A stretch of 56,007 bases of DNA from Ruminococcaceae bacterium UBA3329 (GCA_002361875.1 DERX01000013.1:1-56007), one strand, 5' to 3'. Counted from the first letter of the stretch, positions 30,547 through 40,187 are shown. Notes: a model not told the origin generated them from the letters alone. A program made the numbers and translations.

Positions 30547-30570
30547 CGCCTTTCTTGTGTTTTAACTAAA

Positions 30571-31281
30571 TCAAACTATCCACTTATAGCCCATACCCCA
30601 GACAGTGATTAAGTGTACAGGAGAGGACGGCTCATCCTCTATCTTATTTCTAAGCCTGTGAATATTAACATCAACAATTTTTTCATCGCCAAAATAGGAA
30701 TCTCCCCATACGAATTTTAAAATATCACTTCTGCTCAGTGCAGCATTGGGATTTGAGAAAAAATATTCCATAATTTGAAATTCAACCTGAGTCAAATCAA
30801 TGTTCTCACCGTTTTTGGTAAGAGTATGACTCCGAAGGTCAAGAGTAAATTCATTTAATGTAACAGCAGTATTTTCAATTTCATTCGTTTCATCATCACT
30901 GTCGCCCGTTAAGGTTACTCGACGGTAAATCGCATCAATTCTTGCCATTAACTCAGACGGTGAAAACGGCTTTGTAACATAGTCGTCAGCACCGACAAGA
31001 AGTCCGGTTACCTTGTCCATTTCCTGAGTTCGTGCCGTAAGCATAACAATTCCGATTCGTTTGCTTTTACTGCGCAAATATTTGCAAACCTCCAAGCCGT
31101 CAACGCCGGGCATCATAATATCAAGAATAGCAATATCAATATCTTTACTGTTATCGTCAAAAAGTGATTTTGCCTCTATTCCGTCGGATGCCTCAAGAAC
31201 CTCGTATCCGGCTCTTTTAAGATTTATCACAACAAAATCTCTAATAGAGGTTTCATCCTCTGCAATCAATATCTTTTTCAC
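30571..31281 (-). CDS. OmpR/PhoB-family response regulator
   Basis: Receiver domain (AEDE, LDIMMPGVDG, KPF) plus a winged-helix output (VWGMGYK). GTG start 4 nt after GGAGGG. Confidence 0.9.
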   Translation of the reverse strand: MKKILIAEDETSIRDFVVINLKRAGYEVLEASDGIEAKSLFDDNSKDIDIAILDIMMPGVDGLEVCKYLRSKSKRIGIVMLTARTQEMDKVTGLLVGADDYVTKPFSPSELMARIDAIYRRVTLTGDSDDETNEIENTAVTLNEFTLDLRSHTLTKNGENIDLTQVEFQIMEYFFSNPNAALSRSDILKFVWGDSYFGDEKIVDVNIHRLRNKIEDEPSSPVHLITVWGMGYKWIV

Positions 31282-31290
31282 TGTGCCCTC

Positions 31291-32658
31291 CTAATATATT
31301 GCAACAAAGTTATCTCTAACTTCTTGTTTCGATATATACTTATTCGGCTCATATATATAGCCGTAAACATAAGCATCGCCGTCAAAAAGCAAATCAAAAT
31401 CATAATTATCATCATTCCAATCTGCTCTTGAAAATGTCATAATTGAAAAAAGCTTATCGGCAATAGCGCCGTTTTCAACAGCATAAAAAACAAGCAAAGA
31501 ACTGTTTGAATTGTAAACAGCTGTAATATTTGAAATCCATTTATCGTCAAAAATAAAATAAAAATTGTTGACATTATTGTAAAGCGTGGTGAGAACGGGT
31601 GCAATTTTTTTATTTTGAAGCTGTGACCAAACAACAAGATTAAGCGAATTTTCCTTATAATCCTCCGCATCACCTATTCGCTTACTGAACGGCAATTCAA
31701 TAAGAGTCGGAATCTCAATCATTCCGTCATCATTTATATCAATAGAACACAGTTTATTAGACCTTGCGGTTGCCGGAACAGTACCGGCAGATAAAGAGTG
31801 AAGAGGCAATGCAATTCCACCGGTTGATACAGAATACTGAATTACATCGGTAACATAAGCCGCCTCGCTTAAAATTCCGTCAACATAAATTCTGGTATAT
31901 TGCCTTTCCCCGTTTGTAAAAATATCAGATGTAATACTGACAATGTCCAGCATACCGATAAGTGAAAAAGACTTATCAAATTCAACAGTGCAGTCATCTT
32001 TAAAGATAATTATTCTGCCTGTCGTTTTCTTTGAATCATTAGATATGCTTACAGTTGAAAGGAAAATATCATCTGAACCGTCACCGTTAAAATCGGAAAC
32101 ATACATTTTGGTGAAATCCTCTGTTTTCAAAAGAGTCATTGCACTGTTTCCGAATTTATAAAGAGTAAGTATTCTGTTGCCGACAAGCGTCAAGGTTTCA
32201 TTAGAAGAAGAATCCGGATTCAAGTTTGTCCAAGAAATCAATACTTCATAGTTACCGTCACCGTTTATATCGCTGAATCCGACTTCGTAAATTTCTTCGC
32301 CGAGTCCCGAAAGTATAGAAACATTTTTCCACTCATTGCCGTTATGCTTAAAAACAGCAACTCTCGCCAACTCATCAACAGAAGGATCGGAATAAAAAAC
32401 CAATCCATCATCATTTCCGTCATTATCTATATCAAAAATAATATAAGAGGAACGGTTTTCACCTTTTAACGGAGTTTTCATTTTAACAAATTCATTGGCG
32501 ATTTCTTTTTCAAATTCTTGCTGCAAAAAGCTGCTCTCACCGCTGAGTTTTGGCGGACGAATTAACTTGGCAGCAGGCAAAAACGAAAAATCGCATCCCG
32601 CAAACAAAAGGCAAATGCATATTAAAATTATTAAATAAGCAAAAATCTTTTTTTTCAT
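31291..32658 (-). CDS. Lipoprotein with FG-GAP/VCBS-type calcium-binding repeats
   Basis: Lipobox LLFAGC after MKKKIFAYLIILICI. Four DxDxDG-type repeats: DIDNDGNDDG, DINGDGNYE, DFNGDGSDD and DINDDGMIE. Start trimmed to the ATG at 32658 because the longer ORF overlaps cdaR. Confidence 0.65.
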   Translation of the reverse strand: MKKKIFAYLIILICICLLFAGCDFSFLPAAKLIRPPKLSGESSFLQQEFEKEIANEFVKMKTPLKGENRSSYIIFDIDNDGNDDGLVFYSDPSVDELARVAVFKHNGNEWKNVSILSGLGEEIYEVGFSDINGDGNYEVLISWTNLNPDSSSNETLTLVGNRILTLYKFGNSAMTLLKTEDFTKMYVSDFNGDGSDDIFLSTVSISNDSKKTTGRIIIFKDDCTVEFDKSFSLIGMLDIVSITSDIFTNGERQYTRIYVDGILSEAAYVTDVIQYSVSTGGIALPLHSLSAGTVPATARSNKLCSIDINDDGMIEIPTLIELPFSKRIGDAEDYKENSLNLVVWSQLQNKKIAPVLTTLYNNVNNFYFIFDDKWISNITAVYNSNSSLLVFYAVENGAIADKLFSIMTFSRADWNDDNYDFDLLFDGDAYVYGYIYEPNKYISKQEVRDNFVAIY

Positions 32659-32686
32659 CAACAGTCCTCTATCATAAAAATAAAAC

Positions 32687-33988
32687 TTATTTTTTAGAAA
32701 CCGAAACCTTAACAGTATTTCTGCCGTGCACCCAGCATTTACTGTTTGAAACAGTAGCAATTACAGGCAAAGAATCTACATTTTCGTTAATTTTAACACT
32801 TTGCATATCTGCATTTAAAACAATATCGTCTGCATTTACTGTATCAAGCGCCTCTTTTTCGCCGATAAGAGTAAAGGTTAAATTGCCGCTGTCAACATTT
32901 TCTATGACATATTTAGCAAGTTTGTTTGAAACTCTTGCCCGAGATGCAGGAAGACTTACCGTTTTTGCAGCCATATTGGAAGCGTCAACTGTTACCCTAA
33001 ATGCAGAGGCCGTTGCAGGAATAACCATAATATCTTCAATATCAGCTGAAGAAATGTTAAACACATTTATTCCTTTAGTAATATCCGCAAAATCAATAGT
33101 CGCAACAGAAATTGATTTTAGTGTGTCAACAAGATCAATAGGAACAGCAGCAGTTATACTGCTTGGTGAAACAGTATAATTAAGCGGAGCCGAAGCAAAA
33201 CTTGTTGGCGCGCTTTTAAAAGTAATTGATGCAGGAAGTGTCACTTTTTTCAGAATAGGGATAGACATGGTAATGTCTCTGCTGTCTGCATCAATTTCGG
33301 AATAAACAAGTTTTGACCCATCGTCAGTAACAAACTTTATTTCAGGAATAAATGTTGTATTTTTTTCAAGCTTTTCCGTAATATTTACGCTTGCGACAAC
33401 TTTCTTTATTCTGTTAATTTCAGAAGCAGGTCCGGTGACCTTAACCGCTTGCTTCGAAAAAACAATATCACCTAAAATACAGTTTTCAGGTATAAGTTTA
33501 TTGATATCATCGTTAAATTCAGCCTGTAAAGAAAGTTCAACTTCTTTTGGCATATCAAAGTAAACCTCAATATAAGACTTAGAAAGAGAAACTACATCAA
33601 ATTCCTCAGCGCCTGCGGCAATCTCATATCTTAGTTGAAGTGTTTTTTCGCCTGAACTGTCAACATAATTAGTTACAGCTGTAACAGTGATATCATCTTT
33701 ATCAAGAGAAGCCAAAATATATTTTTTACCCGAAACGGTAACATCGACTTTAAAATCCTTGTCGCCGAAAATCTGTAGACCGAGCTGTTCGGGAACACTT
33801 CCGGATAAATCAATATTTACAGGGACATCAGAAATAATGCTTTGTACTATAGGGCTTTTTTCAACCGAAACCCAAATCCAAAGTCCAAATGAAATTATCA
33901 GTGACAAAACAAATAAAACTTTGTTATTGCGAATAATTTTAGAGAAAGAAAATTTTGCTTTGCTGTTATCAGTCTGTTTTTTACTCAT
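32687..33988 (-). CDS. cdaR: YbbR-domain protein (CdaR, regulator of diadenylate cyclase)
   Basis: N-terminal TM helix followed by repeated YbbR-like beta-rich modules. An 8-nt overlap links it to cdaA. Confidence 0.8.
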   Translation of the reverse strand: MSKKQTDNSKAKFSFSKIIRNNKVLFVLSLIISFGLWIWVSVEKSPIVQSIISDVPVNIDLSGSVPEQLGLQIFGDKDFKVDVTVSGKKYILASLDKDDITVTAVTNYVDSSGEKTLQLRYEIAAGAEEFDVVSLSKSYIEVYFDMPKEVELSLQAEFNDDINKLIPENCILGDIVFSKQAVKVTGPASEINRIKKVVASVNITEKLEKNTTFIPEIKFVTDDGSKLVYSEIDADSRDITMSIPILKKVTLPASITFKSAPTSFASAPLNYTVSPSSITAAVPIDLVDTLKSISVATIDFADITKGINVFNISSADIEDIMVIPATASAFRVTVDASNMAAKTVSLPASRARVSNKLAKYVIENVDSGNLTFTLIGEKEALDTVNADDIVLNADMQSVKINENVDSLPVIATVSNSKCWVHGRNTVKVSVSKK

Positions 33989-34865
33989 TTTTGTTACCTC
34001 TGAAAATTTTCTTTAATTTGCTTTCATTTTCGGTATTATCTTTAATAAAGTTAGTTATAAGTATTTCACGAAGATCACCGTTGGAAATACCTCTTCTGAG
34101 AAAACCCTTTTTCGCCACCGAAATACTTCCTGTTTCCTCCGAAACAACAACTACGACAGCATCACTTACTTCACTCATTCCGATAGCTGCTCTGTGGCGA
34201 GTGCCCAATTCACTTGAAATATTACTGTTGCTTGTAAGCGGCAAAATGCAACCTGCGGCAACTACACGGCCTTCTTCAATAATTGCGGCACCGTCATGCA
34301 TAGGAGCTTTCGGAAAAAATATATTTCCGATAAGCTCAGCAGAAACAGCGGCATCAACAAATGTACCGGTTTCAATTATCTCGCCGAGAATTGTATCTTT
34401 TTTAAACACTATCAGCGCTCCGATTTTCTTATCACTCATATCGGCGCACGCCTTACAAACTCCGTTAATTGCTGCTTCAATTTTTTCCTGCTTAAAAATA
34501 TTATCTCTGTTTACAAAATTAAAAATATTCAGTTTTGAAACAGAACTTCTGCCCACACTTTCAAGGGCATGCCTAATTTCGGGCGAGAAAATAATTACAA
34601 GAATAACAAGTAAATCACTGAAAATAAAGCTCAGGAGATATTTGCTGACCTGCATTTCCAAAAGTGTGACAACAGAATAAAGGACAACGAGTAAAATTGC
34701 CCCCTTTGCAAGCTGAATTGCCCTTGTTTCACGCATAAGCTTAATTGCACTGTAGATTAAAAATGCAACCAGCAAAACATCAAGCACATCGGAAATTTCA
34801 TCAAACGAAACAATAGCTTGCTTAAAATTCTGCCAAAAGTCGGAAAACACAGAAAGCAAATACAT
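33981..34865 (-). CDS. cdaA: Membrane diadenylate cyclase
   Basis: Three N-terminal TM helices plus a DAC domain (HDGAAII, GTRHRAA). Start trimmed to the ATG at 34865 with an AAAGGGTG SD. Confidence 0.88.
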   Translation of the reverse strand: MYLLSVFSDFWQNFKQAIVSFDEISDVLDVLLVAFLIYSAIKLMRETRAIQLAKGAILLVVLYSVVTLLEMQVSKYLLSFIFSDLLVILVIIFSPEIRHALESVGRSSVSKLNIFNFVNRDNIFKQEKIEAAINGVCKACADMSDKKIGALIVFKKDTILGEIIETGTFVDAAVSAELIGNIFFPKAPMHDGAAIIEEGRVVAAGCILPLTSNSNISSELGTRHRAAIGMSEVSDAVVVVVSEETGSISVAKKGFLRRGISNGDLREILITNFIKDNTENESKLKKIFRGNKNE

Positions 34866-34969
34866 ATTTTTAACACCCTTTACTAAAAAAATACAATATA
34901 TCGCAAGTACCGAATTGCAAAAGCACATAACGGCACATATATTCACGATATATTGTATCATATCTTTCT

Positions 34970-36106
34970 TTATTTTGCAATTTTTTTTATACAATTTACT
35001 AAAAATTCTGTTTCTTTTTCATCTGTAAACCAAGAAGGTGTAATTCGAACTGTACCGACACCAAGTGTACCCATTTTTCTGTGTGCCAAAGGCGCACAGT
35101 GAAGTCCTCCCCTGACGCAAATACCGTTTTCGGCTAAAAGTGCTGCTGTCTCTTCGCTTTTCTTCGATTTAACATTAAAAGAGAGAACGGGAGATTTTTG
35201 CACTCCGTCATAAAAATCAGTATATAAAATAATGCTTTGACACGCTTTCAGCTCATCAAAAATATATTTTATTATTTTGTTTTCATGCATTAAAATATTC
35301 TCGCATTTTATATTTTCAACAAATTTTATTCCCTCAAAAAGCCCTGCAATTCCGTGAACATTCGGCGTACCGCTCTCAAATTTGTCAGGAGAAAGCACCG
35401 GCTGATTTAAGCTTTCCGAATTACTGCCTGTTCCACCTTCCGCAAGCGTATCTATATTAATATCTTTTGAAAGAATCAAAAGTCCCGTTCCCATTGGGCC
35501 GAAAAGTCCTTTGTGCCCTGCACAGCAAATAATATCAGCCCCTGTTTTTTTCATATCAACAGGTAAATAGCCTGCTCCCTGTGCGGCATCTAAAATAAAT
35601 AAAATTCCGTTTTTGTGTGCTTCATGAGCAATTTTTGTGATAGGTGGCATTATTCCGAATACATTTGAAGAAAGCGTGCAAATTACGGCAACAGTATTTT
35701 TTCTGAATTTATTTACAAAATTATTTACCGTTTCGGATTCATCGGGTGTAACTTTTGCAACAGAATAATCGCATTTTCCCGATTTTTTCAGCTTTTCAAG
35801 CGGTCTTACAACAGAATTATGCTCTAAATCTGAAATAACAAAATGAGAACCCAAGCGGCATAATCCTTTAATTGCCGCATTAAGCGAATATGTGCACCCG
35901 GAAGTAAAAATAACATTTTCAGTGTTTGCATTAAACAAATCCGCCGCCGCACTTCTCGCATTATATATCATCTCGGCAGATTTCATAGCAGAATTATAAC
36001 CGCCTCTGCCGGGATTTGCACAAAAATCGCAAAATGACCTTTGCACTGCGTTTACTACGGAAAAAGGCTTTGGGTATGAGGTTGCGCCATTATCAAAATA
36101 TATCAT
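34970..36106 (-). CDS. Class V aminotransferase / cysteine desulfurase family protein
   Basis: PLP-lysine region CCAGHKGLFGPMGTG and catalytic-loop cysteine RGGLHCAP. Confidence 0.82.
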   Translation of the reverse strand: MIYFDNGATSYPKPFSVVNAVQRSFCDFCANPGRGGYNSAMKSAEMIYNARSAAADLFNANTENVIFTSGCTYSLNAAIKGLCRLGSHFVISDLEHNSVVRPLEKLKKSGKCDYSVAKVTPDESETVNNFVNKFRKNTVAVICTLSSNVFGIMPPITKIAHEAHKNGILFILDAAQGAGYLPVDMKKTGADIICCAGHKGLFGPMGTGLLILSKDINIDTLAEGGTGSNSESLNQPVLSPDKFESGTPNVHGIAGLFEGIKFVENIKCENILMHENKIIKYIFDELKACQSIILYTDFYDGVQKSPVLSFNVKSKKSEETAALLAENGICVRGGLHCAPLAHRKMGTLGVGTVRITPSWFTDEKETEFLVNCIKKIAK

Positions 36107-36324
36107 TTGTATACTTCTATTCCCGTATATTTTAACTTAACTGTATCAAAAGCATTTTTAATCTCGTCTGCATTTCCAAATACAGTTAAGCTGTAACCGC
36201 ACCCTTCGCCTTTTTTCGGATTTGGATTTTTCATAATTTTTGTTTTACAACCCAAGCCCTCCGCCGTATTTTTAGCCTTTATTGCATAAGTTATTGAATT
36301 AAACTTAAAAATTACTTTGTCCAT
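36103..36324 (-). CDS. DUF3343 (putative S/Se carrier-like) small protein
   Basis: About 73 aa with the pattern F.S.TYAIKA....G...K....P......GCGYSL. A 4-nt overlap links it to the desulfurase. The ATG at 36324 is preferred over the GTG at 36333. Confidence 0.6.
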   Translation of the reverse strand: MDKVIFKFNSITYAIKAKNTAEGLGCKTKIMKNPNPKKGEGCGYSLTVFGNADEIKNAFDTVKLKYTGIEVYK

Positions 36325-36362
36325 AAAAAACACCGCCCTGTCACATATTATGCAGCAGGGCG
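36325..36362 (-). terminator. Strong intrinsic terminator abutting the DUF3343 start codon
   Basis: On the minus strand: CGCCCTG-(15 nt)-CAGGGCG followed by GTGTTTTTT. The ATG follows immediately. Confidence 0.75.
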
Positions 36363-36492
36363 AAAAAGGTTATTTCTGTATTTATTTTCCATAAAAGCGA
36401 AGCGTTATGGTAAAATTTCGTCCATGTCCGACGGTTTGCCGAAAGGCAGAGGAGGACGGACATACAAATATCTTTAAAATAAACGGTTACAT

Positions 36493-36969
36493 TTATTTTT
36501 CAATAAGAACCACAGCGTGAGCGGCTATGCCCTCTTTTTGACCCGTAAAGCCAAGTCCCTCTTCAGTGGTTGCCTTTACACTTACAAAATCAATCGGGAT
36601 TTCAAGCGCTTTTGAAATATTTTCACGCATTGTTAAAATATATGGGGCGAGCTTCGGTGCTTGCGCCAAAACGGTTGCATCAATGTTTACAACGAAATAC
36701 CCTTCATTTTTGATTAGCTCATTTACTTTCGCGAGCAAAATTCCGCTGTCGGCATTTTTATATGCATCATCGTTATCCGGAAAATGCTTTCCAATGTCGC
36801 CGAGCGCCGCCGCGCCGAGAAGAGCATCGGAAATTGCATGCAAAAGAACATCGGCATCCGAGTGGCCCAAAAGTCCAATATTGTTATACGGTATTTCTAC
36901 TCCGCCTAAAATCAGTTTTCTGCCGTTTACCAATTTGTGAACATCATATCCGTGACCTATTCTAATCAT
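36493..36969 (-). CDS. ispF: 2-C-methyl-D-erythritol 2,4-cyclodiphosphate synthase
   Basis: [20 protein letters not shown], and length of 158 aa. Confidence 0.93.
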   Translation of the reverse strand: MIRIGHGYDVHKLVNGRKLILGGVEIPYNNIGLLGHSDADVLLHAISDALLGAAALGDIGKHFPDNDDAYKNADSGILLAKVNELIKNEGYFVVNIDATVLAQAPKLAPYILTMRENISKALEIPIDFVSVKATTEEGLGFTGQKEGIAAHAVVLIEK

Positions 36970-37681
36970 TTTCTACTCTCCTAATTATCGCTTCAGCAAA
37001 AATAATATCTTCCCGTGTGGTAATCTTAAGATTTAACGGACTTGACTTGACACAATAAACAGGTTTGCCGAATTTTTCCATCAAAATACAGTCATCTGTA
37101 AACATTTCACTGTTCGGCACGCTCTTCATAGCGGACAGGTAAGTGTTTTTCTCAAATACCTGTGGTGTCTGCATAAGTCTTACAGTGTCACGGTTAACAG
37201 TTTGAATGATTTTACCGTTCTCATCGGCAATTTTAACTGTGTCCTTTGCAGTCTGTGCCGCAGAAGCCGCTCCGTATTTTATTGCCGCATCAACTGTATT
37301 TTTTATAATGTCCTGCGTAACAAAAGGCCTTGCACCGTCGTGAATTGCGATATATTCACAATCCTGTGCTGTTACTGAAATACCGTTAAACACACTTTTT
37401 TGCCGTGTATCAGCACCCTTTACAACAGCCGTTACTTTGTCAAATTGATATTTTGACACTAATTCATTTATTTTATCAATTAAATCATCACGGGTAACAA
37501 TGACAATTTCACTGATAATTTCAGACTGTTGAAAAGCAGAAACAGCCCTTGCGATAACAGGCATTCCGCCTATATCCAAAAGCTGTTTGTCAATACCGTG
37601 CATACGTGAAGAAGAGCCTGCCGCCACAATTACGGCAGACACTTTTTTCATATTGTCATTGTTTTTCACGGCAGTATTCAT
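36962..37681 (-). CDS. ispD: 2-C-methyl-D-erythritol 4-phosphate cytidylyltransferase
   Basis: [10 protein letters not shown]-loop-like motif, IHDGARPF, and an 8-nt overlap with ispF. Confidence 0.9.
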   Translation of the reverse strand: MNTAVKNNDNMKKVSAVIVAAGSSSRMHGIDKQLLDIGGMPVIARAVSAFQQSEIISEIVIVTRDDLIDKINELVSKYQFDKVTAVVKGADTRQKSVFNGISVTAQDCEYIAIHDGARPFVTQDIIKNTVDAAIKYGAASAAQTAKDTVKIADENGKIIQTVNRDTVRLMQTPQVFEKNTYLSAMKSVPNSEMFTDDCILMEKFGKPVYCVKSSPLNLKITTREDIIFAEAIIRRVEND

Positions 37682-37696
37682 ATTTACCTCTTAAAA

Positions 37697-38965
37697 TTAA
37701 AGTAAAGCTTCCACTGCTGATATTTTAGCACATAAGCAGAAAATTTCAACTGCTTTTTTAAGCTCTTCGTTTGACGGGAATGTAGGAGCAATACGAATAT
37801 TCTTATCATCAGGGTCTTTTCCGTAAGGATATGTTGCGCCGACGGTAGTAAGCACAAGACCAGCCGCTTTGCAAAGCTCGCCTATTCTCTTTGCACTTCC
37901 GACAGTTGTGTTATAGCTTATGAAGTAACCGCCGTTGGGTTTAATCCATTCGCCTATGCCAAGAGGTGCAATTTCGCTTTCCAAAGCCTCAAGCACAATC
38001 TTAAATTTCGGTGCAATAATTGCGGCATGCTTTTTCATATGTGCGCGAATGCCGTCTGCATTTTTGTAATATCTTACATGGCGAAGCTGATTAAGCTTGT
38101 CAAAGCCTATTGTCTGTGCACTCATTCTCTTCTTTATATCCGCAATGTTGTTGTCGGACGCGGCAATAGCCGAAATACCTGCGCCGGGGAATGAGATTTT
38201 TGAGGTTGATGTAAATTCAACAAAGTAATCCTCTGTGCCATATTTTTTGCAGGCATCAAAAATGTTCATAAGCGTATCGGGAGTGTCAGTAAGGTCGTGA
38301 ACGCAGTATGCGTTGTCCCAAATCACTCTGAAATCCTTTGCGGCAGGCTTTAAAGAAGCGAGCGCCTCAACTGTTTCGTCGCTGTATGTAACACCGTCGG
38401 GATTTGAATATTTAGGCACACAGAACATACCCTTAACACTTTCGTCTTTAATAAGCTCTTTGATTTTCAGGACATCTGGACCGTTCGCAGTCATAGGAAC
38501 GGAAATCATTTCAATTCCGAAATGTTCAGCAATTCCGAAATGTCTGTCGTAACCCGGTACATTGCAGATAAATTTAATATTTCCCTGTTTGCTCCAAGGC
38601 TCACAGCCGCCTATCCCTGAAACCATACACTGGCAGATAAAGTCAAACATAAGATTAAGGCTTGAAGAGCCGCCGATAATTATATTGTCAGGGTCAACAT
38701 CAAGAATTTCGGAAAACAGCTTTTTACATTCGGGAATACCGTCAAGCACACCGTAGTTGCGGCAGTCAATGCCGCTGTCGGAAATGCAGGTGTCGCCGCC
38801 GTTAAATACCTTTAAAACATCGTAAGAAAGCTCAAGCTGGTCGTGACCGGGCTTGCCTCTTGACATATCAAGAGAAAGGTTTAAGCCTTTTACTTCATCA
38901 TATTTTTTCAACAAATCTTCTTTGATAGAAAGTAAATCATCTTTTTTCATTTCGGAATACTTCAA
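37697..38965 (-). CDS. PLP-dependent aminotransferase (aspartate-aminotransferase-like fold type I)
   Basis: KYSNPDG, DNAY, and TSTSKISFPGAG carrying the PLP lysine. The start is uncertain: the TTG at 38965 lies 8 nt after GGAGG, and an ATG at 38950 is the alternative. The ORF-track start at 39022 is an unsupported TTG. Confidence 0.78.
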   Translation of the reverse strand: MKYSEMKKDDLLSIKEDLLKKYDEVKGLNLSLDMSRGKPGHDQLELSYDVLKVFNGGDTCISDSGIDCRNYGVLDGIPECKKLFSEILDVDPDNIIIGGSSSLNLMFDFICQCMVSGIGGCEPWSKQGNIKFICNVPGYDRHFGIAEHFGIEMISVPMTANGPDVLKIKELIKDESVKGMFCVPKYSNPDGVTYSDETVEALASLKPAAKDFRVIWDNAYCVHDLTDTPDTLMNIFDACKKYGTEDYFVEFTSTSKISFPGAGISAIAASDNNIADIKKRMSAQTIGFDKLNQLRHVRYYKNADGIRAHMKKHAAIIAPKFKIVLEALESEIAPLGIGEWIKPNGGYFISYNTTVGSAKRIGELCKAAGLVLTTVGATYPYGKDPDDKNIRIAPTFPSNEELKKAVEIFCLCAKISAVEALL

Positions 38966-39167
38966 AATAAAGACCTCCAACGGATTTTGTAATATTTTAT
39001 AACAAAACGGCTGATTTTGCAAGTGTTTAAGCCAAAAACTGCATTTTTCATTAAAACGAACGGTAAAATCAGTCTAAATTTGAATAATTCAACAATAAAT
39101 TATCCAAAATCACATCGTAACTGCACAATATAATATGTTTTCTTCAGAAAAATGCAATTAAAATGAG

Positions 39168-39196
39168 TTGAAATAGTAAATACATTATGCTAAAAT
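39168..39196 (+). promoter_or_regulatory. Candidate sigma-A promoter for manA
   Basis: TTGAAA-17 nt-TAAAAT with an extended -10 (TGc), about 40 nt upstream of the manA ATG. Confidence 0.5.
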
Positions 39197-39235
39197 ATCC
39201 AAAAAAATTATACTTTACATTTACGGAGAAAAAAT

Positions 39236-40183
39236 ATGGAAATATTAAAATTAAAGCCTGTTTTTAAGGACTACATTTGGGGCGGAAACAGACTTCGCAG
39301 TGAATTCGGTTTTGAAAGCGAATATGACATTATGGCCGAGGGGTGGATGCTCGCGGCAAGAAACGACGGTGAAAATACCGTTATCGGCGGAAAATTTGAC
39401 GGTCAGTCTTTTTCAAAGGTTATAAACGAAAATCCCGATTATTTAGGCACAAACGGCAAAAAATTCCCGTTTTTCCCTCTTCTTATTAAGCTTATTGATG
39501 CAAAAAACGATTTGTCAGTTCAGGTTCACCCGAATGACGAATATGCAATGAAAAAAGCCGGTGAATTCGGCAAAACAGAATGCTGGTATATTCTTGACTG
39601 TGACGAGGATGCAGAGCTTATTTTCGGATTTAGCAAAGAAATTACGAAGGAAGAATTCAAAAAATCCGTTGAGGACGGAACATTTCTTCAGTATGTAAAC
39701 CGTGAAAAGGTGAAAAAGGGCGATTTATTCTTCATTGAAGCAGGAACTCTGCACGCAATCGGAAAAGGAATTTTACTTGCGGAAATTCAGCAAAATTCAA
39801 ACCTCACATACAGAGTTTACGATTACGGAAGGCTCGGCACAGACGGTAAGCCGAGACCTCTGCACATTGAAAATGCCATTGAGGTTACAAACTGTGTTCC
39901 GCCTAAACCCGAAGCAAAAGGTGCAGGAATACCTCAAGAGTTTGATATGTTTACAAAGCAGGAGCTCGTTATTTGCGATTTGTTTACTGTTGATAAATAC
40001 ACAGTTCACGGCACATTCAGCTTAGAGGCTGACAACACATCTTTCCTTTCACTGCTTGTTACGGACGGCTGCGGTAAAATAGGCGATTTTGACATTAAAA
40101 AAGGTGACAGCCTGTTTGTACCTGCCGATTTCGGTGAATTTTCGCTAAGCGGTAATTTTGATGTAATAGTTTCGAGGGTTTAA
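39236..40183 (+). CDS. manA: Mannose-6-phosphate isomerase, class I
   Basis: YIWGG, SVQVHPND, ECWYIL and GTLHAI metal and active-site blocks. Confidence 0.85.
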   Translation: MEILKLKPVFKDYIWGGNRLRSEFGFESEYDIMAEGWMLAARNDGENTVIGGKFDGQSFSKVINENPDYLGTNGKKFPFFPLLIKLIDAKNDLSVQVHPNDEYAMKKAGEFGKTECWYILDCDEDAELIFGFSKEITKEEFKKSVEDGTFLQYVNREKVKKGDLFFIEAGTLHAIGKGILLAEIQQNSNLTYRVYDYGRLGTDGKPRPLHIENAIEVTNCVPPKPEAKGAGIPQEFDMFTKQELVICDLFTVDKYTVHGTFSLEADNTSFLSLLVTDGCGKIGDFDIKKGDSLFVPADFGEFSLSGNFDVIVSRV

Positions 40184-40187
40184 AAAA

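Noticed and set aside
33955-34680. 241-aa plus-strand ORF antisense to cdaA. Similar long antisense ORFs occur at 32550-33179, 23803-24384, 20696-21351 and 25582-26176.
   Set aside because: Their translations are low-complexity and rich in S, L, I and F, and they have no SD or motifs. Each lies entirely inside a minus-strand gene with strong family signatures. They are typical shadow ORFs.
39040-39156. 10-bp inverted repeat TGCATTTTTC (39040-39049) / GAAAAATGCA (39147-39156) flanking about 97 bp in the divergent aminotransferase/manA promoter region. A 13-bp palindrome TTGAATAATTCAA sits at 39080-39092. I considered an invertible promoter (inverton) or an operator.
   Set aside because: A 10-bp match in very AT-rich DNA is near chance expectation. 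There is no recombinase gene nearby and no promoter clearly enclosed between the arms. An operator role for the palindrome cannot be supported from sequence alone.
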